DNA of 64,000 bases from Nitrospirales bacterium (GCA_965203295.1 CBDBCZ010000018.1:2368001-2432000); one strand, 5' to 3'. Counted from the stretch's first letter, positions 50,301-62,765 are shown. Made by a program: numbers and translations. Notes: generated by a model not told the origin, from the sequence alone.

Positions 50301-51248
50301 TCTGAATATGTACGCAACAGGTAATTTCAGAATCCAGTACACAAACCTTGAAAAGCAAATACATGTATGTACATAGTCAGCTGTGTACATACATGCACAT
50401 GTAAGTAAGGGCCAATGATCAGAACAGGCTGATGGCCCACTCAGACTAACCATCTTTTCGAGTGTATACAGCAAGTTTTCCAGCAAGGAAAATAAACAGC
50501 TTAGTAGAAAATGTGCATCACAATAATGTGTTCTACGACACCAAGAGCAACTATCCTGTGCTATCTATTTTGGCATGCATGTAGGAGAGGGATGTAGCTA
50601 GAATGAGATTCCATGAGTAAAACTATACCTTCTCAATAAGGGCATCATGTATACGTAGCAAAAAGTTGCTTTCAGAATCCTCTCCTGCTCTTGCTCTTTG
50701 TTCCACAGCATCCAGTCCTAAAACAGGACCAAGAACAACAATATGTACACACATATACAGTAGTAATCATAGCAGGCTTATGGTACACTGGGTGAATGCA
50801 ATTAATGAGTGTCACATCAGGGGTGGGTACAGCTACTAAAAGTGTGTGTGTGTGCGTGTGTGGAAACAAGGCTACGTTGCACTAGACACTAGATGGGTAC
50901 CAACTGGTGTGAAGGAAATTTTAACATCAATCCAGGTTGCTTCTGTGTGTGTGTGTGAGGGGGGGGGGGGAGGGGGCTCAACCCTCCTGCACATGTATGA
51001 CCAGATTTTGGAAACATAATACTCATATGGCCCACAGAAATTCCAGAAGTACTGTAAAAATAATTACATAATTATATTATCATAAAAATTTCAAAAGTAC
51101 TGTATAAATAATGGTATTGAATGTCCAACTCAAATAAAACCAATAGTGCAGACTTACTTTTTAACAAGTCAAACCTACCGTGAGTATTCCTTCCTTGGTG
51201 TGGAGAACTGGGATCTGATACAGTTGTCTCATCATGTATTAAAATGGG
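47315..51248 (-). CDS. FHAD1-like coiled-coil protein, partial exon chain (5' end not seen; possibly a truncated duplicate)
   Basis: Phase-consistent GT-AG exons 51248-51179, 50717-50629, 50280-50138, 49858-49774, 47811-47754 and 47490-47315 give ...LLRIHDALIEKDYQVQCLTDRVCRQAPFESESQRKDAVIAELRKELAAYKK...ESRLQERISEVETLKKQGRK...SSG*. The EKD...V.R...E.ES..KD.VIA.L..E pattern recalls FHAD1. Confidence 0.6.
48540..49625 (+). mobile_element. LINE fragment (linker to RT N-terminus) interrupted by a Helentron-like insert
   Basis: KEYLEVLCEHYERLG...; NTGGNDGLVGERFRYGG...LYKKGDTEDLGIYRGITLLNVGGKLF. Confidence 0.88.
49036..49390 (-). mobile_element. Non-autonomous Helentron/DINE-1-like element
   Basis: Minus strand ttattaccccgcggcgcg...gcggggttaagc hairpin, (GTCC/GTCT)n, and a gtatgtctctgctagagacttctagtt end shared with 56033-56487. 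Confidence 0.75.
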
Positions 51249-52539
51249 CTAAATGAAAAAGAAGAAAGGAAAACGTTGCTTGAGGCTGCTTCTCTGCTAA
51301 CAACTGCATCCAAAAAATACACATCACTGGCTGACGGTAGTTGCCGATACGTACATGTATGCATGTGTAACAGACTGTGACTAAGATAGATTTTGTTAAT
51401 AGGTGATAGTCACTGGTATGTGTTAGTAGTAGTTGTGCTACAGACAGCTAAAGTAAAGTAAAGTCAAAGACGGTGATAACTGATGGGGTCTAATAAAGTG
51501 TTCAGATGTGCAGGTTTGCTCTGCAACATACTCCATAATGATCTCACACTAAGGCCTAGCCACACTTATCACTCTATGCTAGCTGACCACTCAAGAGTCA
51601 CTACTCTGGCAATATTGCAATGTTGCTAGCAGTTGCACACAATTTGGAGATCCTGTCCATATTTTTTACAGGTGGTCTGACTTGCACAGTGTTTACACTC
51701 TACATACACTTTCTGTGACAACCTTTCGCAATTAATTCATCCTCAATATAGAATTGGCATGTAGTACATGGAAATTTCTACAGCTACATCTACTTGTACA
51801 CGTACATAGCAAGTAGCTCAGCTGAAAGCTGAAGAGTTTGCGATGTACATGTAATACCTACTGTGCATACATGATTGAACAAAACTAAAAGAATTGACAC
51901 TGTGTCGTAGGGATACTGCTTCTGGAGCTGCAGGATGAAGCACTGCAGCTGTCGTGGTAGCTGAAAAACGTCAATGAAGTTACATTGACTTGCTAATATA
52001 TGACTGAAGCTTAAACATTCTGACAATGCAAGTAAAGCTGTACGTTTGAGAAATCTATACCCACACAGCAATTTGCACACTGATCCCCCTCTGAAATACA
52101 CTTTCACATAATACATGTAGAAACAAAATCATAGCTGCTAAGTTCCAACTGAAATCCAGATGTGTCTGGAATCTTGGTCCTGGAAGAAATGGTCCAAGGA
52201 CCAAAATTTCAATTGGAAAATTGACCCCCCCCCCCCCCCCCCCCCCCCCGAAGCTACATCTTCCAGCAGAATTGCCAATTTTGATACCCACCAAGCTTTC
52301 AGCACAGTAGGTCCTACATCCCCTACCTTGAAAATGTTGGTCCCCCTTTGGATGTACTATGGCATAGTTTTTATCAAGCAATTTAACTGAATATCTGCAA
52401 ATATACTACTTCTCACATCTGCTACAGTACCATGTAGTGTTGCTAAATAATGCTGTATGTGGTGCATTGATGCAGGAATCTGTCTCGATGGTACTGGTGA
52501 TGTAAATTTTGAGGCTTCTGGCATTAGCTGTCGCCCATG

Positions 52540-53050
52540 ACAACAAAACATGCCAATACACTCGCTATTACAATGCAGGCTACTGTAGCTATCCACCACA
52601 TTGTAGTTGTCTAGTGCGCAAGACAGTAGCAGGTGGAATTCGCTTGTGGAACAGTTCCAACATGGTCGGATTATTATTTTCGTGGAGAGATCAAAAGTTT
52701 CAGGGGGAATTCCGAAAATGGTCTGCCCAGACCAATATTCCAGAAATTTTGGTCTTCCAAGATCAATTTGTTCACCAGATTGTGTTATGTCAATGATGCC
52801 ACATAATATCAGGAGCGCATGAACCACTACACAAATCCATAGTTGCAGTGACATTCCAGCTGTGTTCATTCAGTTGGATACCCACTTGAGAAGTATAACG
52901 TACGGTGAGTGCAACCGCTATTAAAACATAGGACCCCAATTAGACTGGTCATGTTTGCCCACTGGTGTATACTAAACACTTGCCTCTCTCGTAGGTCTTG
53001 ATCTACGATCGATTCTTCTTGGACAACAAACCCGCACGTATAATAATTAT
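52540..53050 (-). pseudogene. Intronless HECT C-lobe-like remnant
   Basis: KFLEYWSGQTIFGIPPETFDLSTKIIIRPC..CSTSEFHLLLSCALDNY...ECIGMF resembles FL.F.TG...P...F......STC...L.L...Y. Confidence 0.4.
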
Positions 53051-54275
53051 AGCACTTTCGGAATCCGTGGAAGAGGGCGTGGCTCATACACCGTAAACAC
53101 CAAATATTTATTCAGCCATAGATATTAATATTAAAAGTCCACGTGGAGTCTGATGTCTATGATTCAGCGAACATCTTGGTTAGGCATCTGGCTAGCTAGT
53201 GCTGTGCAGTTATGCGCTTTTGGTAGCCATAAGAGAGTTCTGCAGAACCCTGCCAGCCCCGTCGCCGAAGGGTTGGCTTGCGAGTCCGTAGGTGAAGGCC
53301 TGCTGAGACTAGAATGGCAGCGATGGTTCTGCCCTTTGCAATGACTTCACAAGAGCTGGCTACTTCCTACGAAGACAAAACACATCTGAAAGTTGGATAA
53401 TATTTCTCGAGAGTGGAGGTCTGTGCTACTCTAACGAGACCTGCGTTTCTTTTTAACTAAGGTGAGCAGGAGATCCCATCTTCCAGCTAGAGGTGACAGC
53501 CAGCGAAACAACGTATTGTACTAAAACTTTGACCCTTACATAGCTAACTTCAATACGCTGTTTTGAAAACAAGACTGATTATTTCCCACAGGGTTTCTCC
53601 GTGCAAGGGACCGATCTACTGGATGCAAGCTGCGAAGAGAACCCACTGTTCTGTGTTCCATACTGTAGTAGTGACTTATGGCTAGTACTGAGGCTGGTGG
53701 AACAAGAAACAATACTGCAGCAGATGGAGAATGCACTCAGTGCTTTGATTACAGTAAGCTTAAGCAATTATGTGTAGAAGTCTGTCTGCACAGCTATAAC
53801 AATAGCTGTAACTAGAACGTTAGACATACAACACTACAATATAGCATGACCTGGTGAAGCAAATAATTTTGTGTATAATGAATGTTAATAATTACTGTAG
53901 TACTCATATGTATGGATGGCATGGAAAAAATTTATTATAGTATGTATACACTCTACACCCCACACAGTGGTATTGATGGTTAAGGTAAAGCAAAAACCAG
54001 CGAATCACTACATGAAGCCTCTGTAGCTATTCAGTAATCCAGCCCACCCACCCCTCCCTTCATTCAGATTAAAAAACTGAAGATGCAAATGAAATTATTT
54101 GTGCCATTAATTAAACTCCACCCCTTCACTCGACATTCCCAGAAAGACATAATTATCTTTGCAAGCAAATTATTAATCTGTAGTACAGCATATGGTCTAA
54201 TGTTAGCATTGCAATGTAGAGCAGTGTAGATTGCAAAATTACTAGGACAAACGTAAGGTGACATTCTTGTGACTA

Positions 54276-54435
54276 CAGTGGAACCCCTCTTAGAGGACAT
54301 CCCATTTATACGTCTGTGTTAAGGACACTTTGCTGTGTCCCAAATAATTATGCTTTCTTAATAATAAATCTACCCCAGAAATGAGTCTATACAGGACACG
54401 GCACCAGGTTCCCACAATAAAGAGAAATTCCACTG
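54276..54435. mobile_element. Tc1/mariner(Tigger)-type MITE
   Basis: TA|cagtggaa ... ttccactg|TA with internal aggacac/gtgtcc motifs. Confidence 0.8.
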
Positions 54436-55888
54436 TATACCATATGGTGTACTGCCCCTTTGGCTAGCATTATGTAGCTACATACGCAGTGCTAATTATT
54501 GCTCACTTTTCTGTTACTGACCAACAGAATGCCTGCTTCAGATACGATCCTCGTAGTGAGAGTATCCAGTTCACCTACCGTGGGAGAAGAATATTCATGT
54601 CTGTAATCAGAGACCTGCTGGCAATGGGAATGGATGGAGCTACTGAGATTGTTCGGGCTGGCTCCAGTGCTGGGGGCCTCGGGAGACTGAATAATGCTAA
54701 ATGGCTGCAGAGTGAACTGCAGTGTGTTGGTTCAGCTGAGCTAGTTGTAATTTTTGATTCAGCCTGGTTTATTGACTTCCGAGGAAGTATCTATCAGATG
54801 TTTGATGGCACTGTTAACCATGCTGAAACTGAGGCCCACATGCAGGATAACCATATAAAAGGCAATGAAGCCTGTACTGATGTCCGCCTTGGCTTTCCAT
54901 GTTACTTTTCTCCTTTCTGCCTTTTTACCCAAACAAATGAAGCTGGTGAAAGATACTACCCTGCAGTACCTACTTTTAGAATCTTCAGCTTATTATGATG
55001 TTTACCTTCTGGCTACCTCGCTCACTGGATTAGAAACTATTCCAAACAGTGGTGTCGGGTATGATGCTCTTCTAACAACTGGTGCATATGGAGGTGAAAT
55101 GATAAAACAGTTGTTTTGACAGAAAGCAAAACCACAGTCTTCAGCTACTATGCAACTCAGTGTTTACAGCAAGTGTACCTTGCTACATCTACTCTTTGGG
55201 GGCTTCCTGGAGCTAACGTGTTTGGGAGGGCAACTGCAGAGCTGCAGAGGGATTCAGGATCTTTCATGTAAGGCAAATGTCTGTTTCACGGGGAGTTGAA
55301 ACCTGGCAGCTGGGTAAAATCAACCATGACATACTCATGGCTTTTAGATTAATAATCGAAGAAGCCAGCCTGTTAAGATTTTAACAGTTAGTATTATATC
55401 CATAACATTGAGGCACACTAGCTGCTAAATGGACTTGTTACTTCATCTGTTTAATGACAGGGTTGAAACTGCTTCATGACCCAACACAAACAGCTGCTGG
55501 TATGATTGTGTAGTGTATACATTTCTTACTTGATGCCAATCTCCACAGAGGTCATTTAAATAATTGGCTAGCATAATAAAGAGGACATCCAATTAGTCTT
55601 TTTAGAGCTTCCAAATTACATTGTAGTCCTTTGCGTGGGTGGAACAAAGGTACTGACAGGGCAATATAATTATGCCAGGGCAATATATGCCTTAGAGCCT
55701 TGAGTGCGCTCATATTGCCCTGCTGTCTATAACCTACTCACAGCACATGCACCATCCAGCACTGATTACATAACAGTGACTGCTGATTACATAACAGTGA
55801 CAGCCGATTACAACTTGCACAGGCTCAGTGTAGTACTACCCCAAGCTGACAGAAGCCACTGGGCTACAAATCAGTTAAACCCTGCTGC

Positions 55889-55997
55889 CTGTATGGGTTT
55901 TAGAGTACACTAGTGCAATAACAATTAGAGCCCTGGGCTCTAATTGTTATTGTGCTCTAGTTGTTATTGCCCAGTGTATACTCTGAAACCCATACAG
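55889..55997. repeat. Palindromic element (Crypton-like non-autonomous)
   Basis: ctgtatgggttt.agagta ... tactctgaaacccatacag with central caataacaattagagccc-t-gggctctaattgttattg. Confidence 0.7.
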
Positions 55998-56032
55998 CCC
56001 TGGGTGGCGTGGTTTATCTAATATGTAGACCC

Positions 56033-56487
56033 TTATTACCCCGTGCGCGTATGCGCAAGCGGGGTTAAGTAATCGGTTTTGTCCGTCTGTTGTCGTTGTC
56101 GTCGTCGTCGTCGTCGTCTGTCATGAAAAAATTTGAAAAATCTCTCAAATGGGCGATTTAGAGGCTGTAACGACTTCTAAACAGAAGCCTAACGCTGAAA
56201 TCCGTGATACATTAGCCTGTCTGTACCTGATATAGTAGAAAGCGGTTTTATTCTCGGCATTTCCACGCTGTTTCTGATTATCGGTGTGTTCCACCATTTT
56301 TTTTACTACGGCGCGGACATACGCGACCCCTCGAGTATGGTATACGAGTCTTGTACTGGAGTATACATAGAGAAACGCATGTATCATTACTACGGCGATC
56401 AGCCACGCCTACAGCTCGTATACGGCGTTACCGTCTGCGGCAAAGTCCAGGAGCGCGGGGTATGTCTCTGCTAGAGACCTCTAGTTT
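56033..56487 (+). mobile_element. Non-autonomous Helentron/DINE-1-like element
   Basis: ttattaccccgtgcgcgtatgcgcaagcggggttaag 5' hairpin, gtccgtctg(tcg)n microsatellite, 3' ctagagacctctagttt hairpin. Confidence 0.78.
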
Positions 56488-58692
56488 ATATTTTGGAGTT
56501 TGTACAGGAGTAGCTACCAAATGTTTATGGAGACCAAAGAGCATAAATCGAATTGTCATATGTGGCTGAGGGGATGAATGCTACTAGTACTCAGCAGCTT
56601 CTCCCTGGCTTCACCATGCACTTCTGATCAGAGACTGGCCAGATGATGTAGCTAAGAGTACTAGCTACTGTGTATTCTGAGTGTTCTGGTGATACTAGCT
56701 GCAGCTTGGATACAGTGAATATAGCATTACATTTTAGGGAATCCAATAACATCATTGCAGTGTTGGTTCTATGAAAGCCATGCTGTACGGCTGTCAATGA
56801 CTGCATATACCATTTCCAAGTGACTTCCTCACATTTGCATGAGATGCAGTCATTATCTATGTTTTCAGTCTCCATGAACACAATACTGACCAATATTTAT
56901 CACTCAAACTGCATGCACATGCACGTGTACACACACACACACATACATACACACACAGGCACTTGGTAGAGGCTGGTATTTGGGAAACTTGCCAACTAGC
57001 AGGACCTACAATACAACAAGCACTCATACAGTAGTATAGTAACCCAACTGTAGCCATACACTTTAGGGATAACAGTGCTTGACTCTGCGGCAACAATCAG
57101 TGTCCAGATAAATTCAGCTTGGGAGAATTGGATTCAAACGATTGGTCTCCTGTAGCAAAAGCTGTCTCTGTGGCCCTTGTTCTTGGTGTTACAATCCTAT
57201 GTCTGGTAGCAAAGGGTATATTTTACATCTGGATGTGCTGTCTGCAAAACATGTAGTTGTGCTGTTTGCAGTGGAAGCAACATCGTCACAGAGTGAAAGC
57301 TGAGAAGAAACAGGCTAGCTCTCATGTTGTTGCTGTGTGGCAGCTATGCCATAACTTGTATAGCAGTCACAAAAGGATGAGCAAATGTCAGTTGTTTATA
57401 TTTACCACCACAGGATGAAATAGAGACTGGTGGCATATCGGTGTCCTGCGTGGACTTATCTTTCGAAGTCGCTGTCAGGTACTTTTACATCGAGTTTAGT
57501 GTTTCCATCCTACACTACGTAGGCACTATATAGCTACAGGTGCATACTCTTCATTCATTGAGCTGTTGAGGAAGTGCACCCAAGACTTTCTGACACCTTG
57601 TTAAATACAAGCTCAGTTGTCAAGTGATCTGAAATACAGTGAGTAATCCCATAGGGTAGCTATAGCTAGAACATGAAAGCAGCAAACAGCATTCAAATGT
57701 AAGTACTTAAGCAGGAATTCATGGCTAACTGACTGCTATTAGCTTAGTTGCTATGGTGCTAGAGAATAAATTCTTAGACAATCAGCCAAAGCTGTGATGT
57801 TCATGCCAGAAATTGAGAAATTGCTGTGTGTACTCCCAATGTAATTTGGCTAGGCATGCATGTACAAATATTATTGTGGCTTGGGAATCCAGACTTAGCA
57901 TGGAAAGTTTCATTTGTGTAAATATTTTGTAAGTGTTAGACGCGCTTTACAATTTTTGGAGTTTATGAATTGCGCAGCATATAATTTTTACGAGTTCAAC
58001 TACTTGTAATTCTTATGAATTCATTAGTGGTTTAGGGTTAATTAGGAATAGGATTAGAATTAGGGTTATGGGTTGTGCCCTGCGGTTTATAATTCCATTT
58101 AACGTAATAATGACCTATTCCTCCCCATTATAAATTTCTCAACTTGGCAGTGTAGTTTCACTGCAGCATATATGTGTGAATGGATGAAAGGCACTGCCAC
58201 GTCATACACCCTAGGTTGCCAGGCAGACTACTGGCTGCAAAGTACAACCAGCATGATTGTATACATGTTGTATCTCCTGTGCACACTAGAAAATAAGCCA
58301 GGGTACAACTATTATGTAACCCTCAATCTTCACTGCTCAGCAATCTAGTCAAGAACGTAAAAGATGAGAAGAAGGACACAGCACTAACTGGAGGAGACAT
58401 TGACAGTGGCACGGGTAATTTATCACTAGCACTGTAAATGCACTTGTTAGTGTAAGTGTTTGAAGTCATCTGTTAAATTAAGTGCTGTAACCATGGCTAC
58501 CTTTCATTGTTGGCTCTGTTAGAAGCTTAAAGTTATTACTTTTACTTCTCTCTATTCCAGAACATACTGATTCAAACAGTGGAATTGTAAGTTCAATTGT
58601 ATAGCTATCACATGTACATATGCTCACTGCATCACCAGTTGTACAGAATATATGTAGGTAATAGTTAGTGCACCCCGCCAAGGGCTCTAATC

Positions 58693-59454
58693 GACATTAT
58701 TGACCGAGGAAAGTAATTTGCCCCGAGGGAGGTCGAGGGCTTTGCCCGAGACCTTCCAAGGGAAAATTACTTTCCGAGGTCAATAAGGGAGGTTGAGGCC
58801 GAGTATTTGGGTGCATTAACTGACTTAAATTATAGTTTGCTCCTGTATTTTGAAAAAAAAATACAACACTACAACAAGCTATGCATGTATACGGGAATAT
58901 AAACAACAATACTGCTACAGTGTTCGTAGCCTTGCATGGGCTGGCTACGCAAGGCTACAGTGTTCGAAGGTAGTCTTGAGGGCTAATTCGGCGATAGCTG
59001 TACATGTCTTGCAAGGCGCGTGTTCAGAGGGTGAGCCACTCGAGTGAAGGCGCTGATTGAGGAGTCTCTGGTTTTGTATCGCTCTTGGAATGTCCCTGGA
59101 GTCGCTGCCAACGCTGTAGGTTGACCGTGTTGGCCTTGACTGGCGCATGGCAATAGCTTCAGCGATGTAAATTCACTTCTCAGCACAACGCAAATGCTGT
59201 TTAATCAATTCGAGCTCTTCTGTGCCATCCACCACCTCCACTCATATTAGCGTACTCCTCTCCATGCTAAATATTGAAGCGACTGTGAGCATGGCAACGG
59301 CTGAACGATTTTATACGCATTGCTACGCCACTGGGGTTGCTAAGCACGCGTTCGTGCACGTGCACGCGCGTGCTTTAACCTACATTATTGACCTCATTTC
59401 TAGCAATTTGATTGGCTAGTACGCTACTACTTATAATCTAAGTGACATTATTGA
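58693..59454. mobile_element. ~750-bp insertion bounded by an 11-bp direct repeat (Crypton-like), with a nested MITE
   Basis: gacattattga at 58693-58703 and 59444-59454; terminal palindrome ttattgacc.aggaaagtaattt...aaattactttccgaggtcaataa. Confidence 0.7.
58927..58957. mobile_element. 31-bp TAG...CTA MITE with perfect 9-bp TSD
   Basis: cagtgttcg|tagccttgc...gcaaggcta|cagtgttcg. Confidence 0.85.
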
Positions 59455-59885
59455 GGCATGCAAGATTGTGTTCTCATGAATTCTGGTCATCAATACTTGC
59501 AAGAAACGTTCATCCTCCTTCCTAGGAAAAATTCTCTTGTAGGATCTGGAAGAAGAAAATTCTGAAGGGCATTTCAACATATTTCAATCCAGGAGTAATG
59601 GGAGTCTCAGGTAAGCGCTTGTAGTGTATAGCCAGACCAAGAGCTGGAGTCAAATCTCAGCTATGTACGTATTGCATGACCATTCAAGATTTCTAATGCA
59701 GTTTTTCTGTTGTGTTGTGTTCCGTTTAAATTTGTGTGGCCTAATTTTCAAATAAGCCTCTGAGAAAGTCAAATACAGGCTACAATACAGGCTTAGGAAG
59801 ATAGGGAATACTTACCTCTGCGCTGCTGGGACTCAGCATAGCACTCCACACAATGCATTTAGTCCAATAGAAAGTGAGGTTTACA

Positions 59886-60180
59886 CTGAAGATTGGAAAA
59901 ATTTCATTTTTGTTGGTCTCAGGCAGAGACTTTCAGCTAAACCTCCTTGATAACATTGACCTGACCCTCTTCAATAGACTAGGAAAAGAACTGGTTTAAG
60001 ATTAAAAGGTTTGTTTAGTTTGACTGATAATAATACAATCCAATGCTTATAGGCTTTGAAAGGTTTTCCCTGAAGATTGGTGCAGTTTCAGTTTTCTTGG
60101 TCTCAGGCTAAGACTTTCAGCAAAAGCAACTAGGTCCCATTGACCTGACCCTTTTTTAATAGCCTAGGAAAGGAACTGTC
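59886..60180. repeat. Diverged direct duplication, period ~184 bp
   Basis: ctgaagattgg...ttggtctcaggc..agactttcagc...cattgacctgaccct...ctaggaaa occurs twice. Confidence 0.85.
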
Positions 60181-61049
60181 TTAATACACTCCCAAGTGTA
60201 AAGATATTTGAGGAAATAAATAAATAAATAAATAATTCACAGCGACACTCGTGGCCTCTACACATGAACCAACATTCTTTTAGTGATATATGGATCATTT
60301 CTAGGAAAAATTATGTTGGAAAAGTTCCGCACTCTCTTCGTTGTGGAGATACAGGGAAAAAAACCTTTTGCCAGACTTACGTAGGGCAGACATTTTGAAT
60401 CCTGCCCATCCGCCGCTAGTATAGTAGTATATGGTATGCATGCGTAAAATGTATATGAGCTGATGCATGATCTCAGAGTGATATCATCTGAGCTGAATGA
60501 ACGATCTCACGATAATGTGCCCTTGTGCCCTAATTACTACACCGGTAGTTTATACAGTGTAAATCCGTTTTCAGCAGTGCTCTCTTCACGATGGACATTG
60601 ACTCAGTTCTCCCAACAAGGCGTCTGAAAGCGAGGTAGTCTGGCCCGTGAGACTAGTCGTTTAGTATATCTTGTGTGTGCATTTAGCTATATTGCTTTTG
60701 TTGTGAGGTGTGTGTGTGTATGTGTTGTTGCTGTCGCTTAGCCCTTGGTTAGTCCCGAGCGTGAGTTCAATGGCGTGTAGTCCTGTAAGTGTAATTATAT
60801 GAAAACAACCCAGCCTACAACTAACTGCTTAACAGCCTAGCCCTGGCGATGTGCATTAAATAGGCCAGGGCTCTCAGTGTCGTTTCAACGGTGCCCCTTG
60901 TGGCTAGCTTTGGTGTTGCTGTGTACAGATAGGTATAGGCTACAGCAGTAGTATTGCTCGCCAATACGTGTTAGGCACAACCAGTCTACCAGCTAATAAA
61001 AAAGCATTGTATACTTTGTCAAGAATCATGCTATCTCTTGCTTGTGATT

Positions 61050-61205
61050 TGGGGGGAGATGCCTCCTACTTTGCAAAGCAGATAGCTGTTGTCTCAGCTG
61101 CTGTTGGTCTAACGTTAGTGCAGCTACCCTGTATCCACGTGAGACATGGTCTATCACCCCATCCCGTTGTTGCACTGGCATCCGTCTCACGAGAAGGCCA
61201 CCATC
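61050..61205 (-). pseudogene. Ulp1/SENP-type protease remnant (transposon-borne)
   Basis: LLVRRMPVQQRDGVID-[deletion]-LTLDQQQLRQQL, resembling PVQQQ.G..DCG...DQ..LR.HL. Confidence 0.45.
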
Positions 61206-61499
61206 ATTCTTAGTCCCACGATTTAATGTAAAAATAGCAGTGAATATCATTCCTCTTTATATCCAGTGTATTCCTTCTGTCTAAGAGTTTGCCACCTTCA
61301 TTTTCATTTTTTCTACTCTATCAATTTAAGATAAACTATTTGTACTGTAATTTCGGATTGTCCATACTATATAAAGTGATTCACAGATTCTGTTTAGCTG
61401 TTGCCTTACTGAGTGTGTGTTGTTATTGTAGGAGCCGACTCTATCCCAGGTAGCAATAAGGAGGGAAGCAGGGAAAAGTCACTATTGCTCTCAAAGTAC

Positions 61500-62060
61500 T
61501 GTGCAAATCCAGTCGTGAAGTTGGGTACCATAGGGGACCATAGCATACTGTAAGGTGTAGGTGGGAGTAGTAGGGTGCATTAGATTGCAGTGGACAACAC
61601 AGTAAGAGTGCAGTAATTGCAGTAGAATGCAATAGTAAGCAGTAAAGTACAGTAGAGTTAAGTAGTGTGAGGTAGGTCGCAATAGGGTCTCGTAGGGTAC
61701 CTTAAAATGCTGCGGAGTGCTAATTAGAGGGTGAAGTACGCTACAGTAGGTTGCAGCAGGTTGCAGTAGGGAGCATTATAGTGCAGAGTGCATTGAATTG
61801 CAACACAGTGCAGTAAGGACCTAGTACTAGGGAGCTGTAGAGTGCTGTAGAGATTAGTTCGGTGCTGTAGGTTGCAGTAAGGTCTTGTAGGGAGCCACAG
61901 AGTACTATGTGGTATAGGAGGGTGTGATACAGTGCAGTAAGTTGCAGTAGGGCGCATTAGAATACAGTATACTGCAGTGGAAAGAGCATGTAGTAACATG
62001 CAGAAGAGGACAGTAGGGAACAGTAGAGTGCATCACAATTCTGTAGGATGGAGTAGATTT
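61500..62060. repeat. Degenerate (TGCAGTAG)-rich low-complexity tandem region
   Basis: Recurrent tgcagta/gtagg motifs. Confidence 0.8.
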
Positions 62061-62117
62061 CGGAACAAGAACTAAAGTATCTGTTTGTGAGGACTACCTG
62101 ATTCATCAGCAAAAGCT

Positions 62118-62765
62118 AGCTGTTAATTTTTACTTTGCCAGTAGATTCATTTAACCTTTGCCTGGAAGAAGTCTCAGAGGGTTTTATAATTCCTAACGCT
62201 TCCTTAGGAACTTCGAAGTACAAATTTTGCATTTTGCTTTTTCCTGTTTCATGTTCCAAGAAGTGAAAAAGTGGATTTTGTATGTGTTCAAACTGAAGAT
62301 ATGCAATGGTGCAATGTAGTCTTGTAACATCCTCACCCCAATAAACATTGATGACTGAGGGTTAGCAAGCAGTTTTAATTGATGTGTTTAAGGATGTGGT
62401 ACCACCTACATGTACCTTAAATAGTAAGTACAAGAAGTCATCATCATTCCTAGCCATGGACAAGATTTATAGTAGAACTCTTGGGTGAAAACATCTAGAC
62501 AACAAGAGCGGTGCCTTTTATGTGTGCCTGTAGCCTGGTGTGCCTGCTCCTTTATCGTCAGATCTTACAGGTTTGTCCGTGGACTTATTACCTTCATTTT
62601 CCTGCTCTCTCTTCTCTCAGGTGTGGCACAGTACCCGAGCAAAATCACTGCGCAGTAAAACCAGCTCTACCTTTAGGTCTACTCGAAAGAGTACCTCTGT
62701 TTCCTTCAGTACTGTCCGCAAGGGATACACTGTTTCACAGGTTTGTACATTTCACAAGAATGGCA
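62118..62765 (+). repeat. Copy of the 3840-4437 segment containing exon-like pieces
   Basis: Inverted match to 3840-4437; cag|gtttgt...ttctctcag| 50-nt intron-like spacer (62571-62620) and a 120-nt open exon-like segment 62621-62740. Confidence 0.85.

Larger units (their letters stand above)
53153..59610 (+). pseudogene. Disabled gene: signal peptide, Notum/pectin-acetylesterase (PAE) domain, TM helix and start of an ABCG-type NBD
   Basis: Exon ~53153-53753: MSMIQRTSWLGIWLASAVQLC, ALCNDFTRAGYFLRR..SESWIIFLESGGLCYSNETC, ENPLFC-VPYCSSDLWL. Exon ~54528-55267: RGRRIFMSVIRDLL..GSSAGG..DSAWFID. Exon 56959-57478: W...GPTIQQAL..Y, NNQCP, TM VAKAVSVALVLGVTILCLVAKGIFYIW, ISVSCVDLSFEV. Exon 58341-58414. 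Exon ending 59610: KKKILKGISTYFNPG-VMGVSG|gtaag. Multiple stops, frameshifts and TE insertions. Confidence 0.85.
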
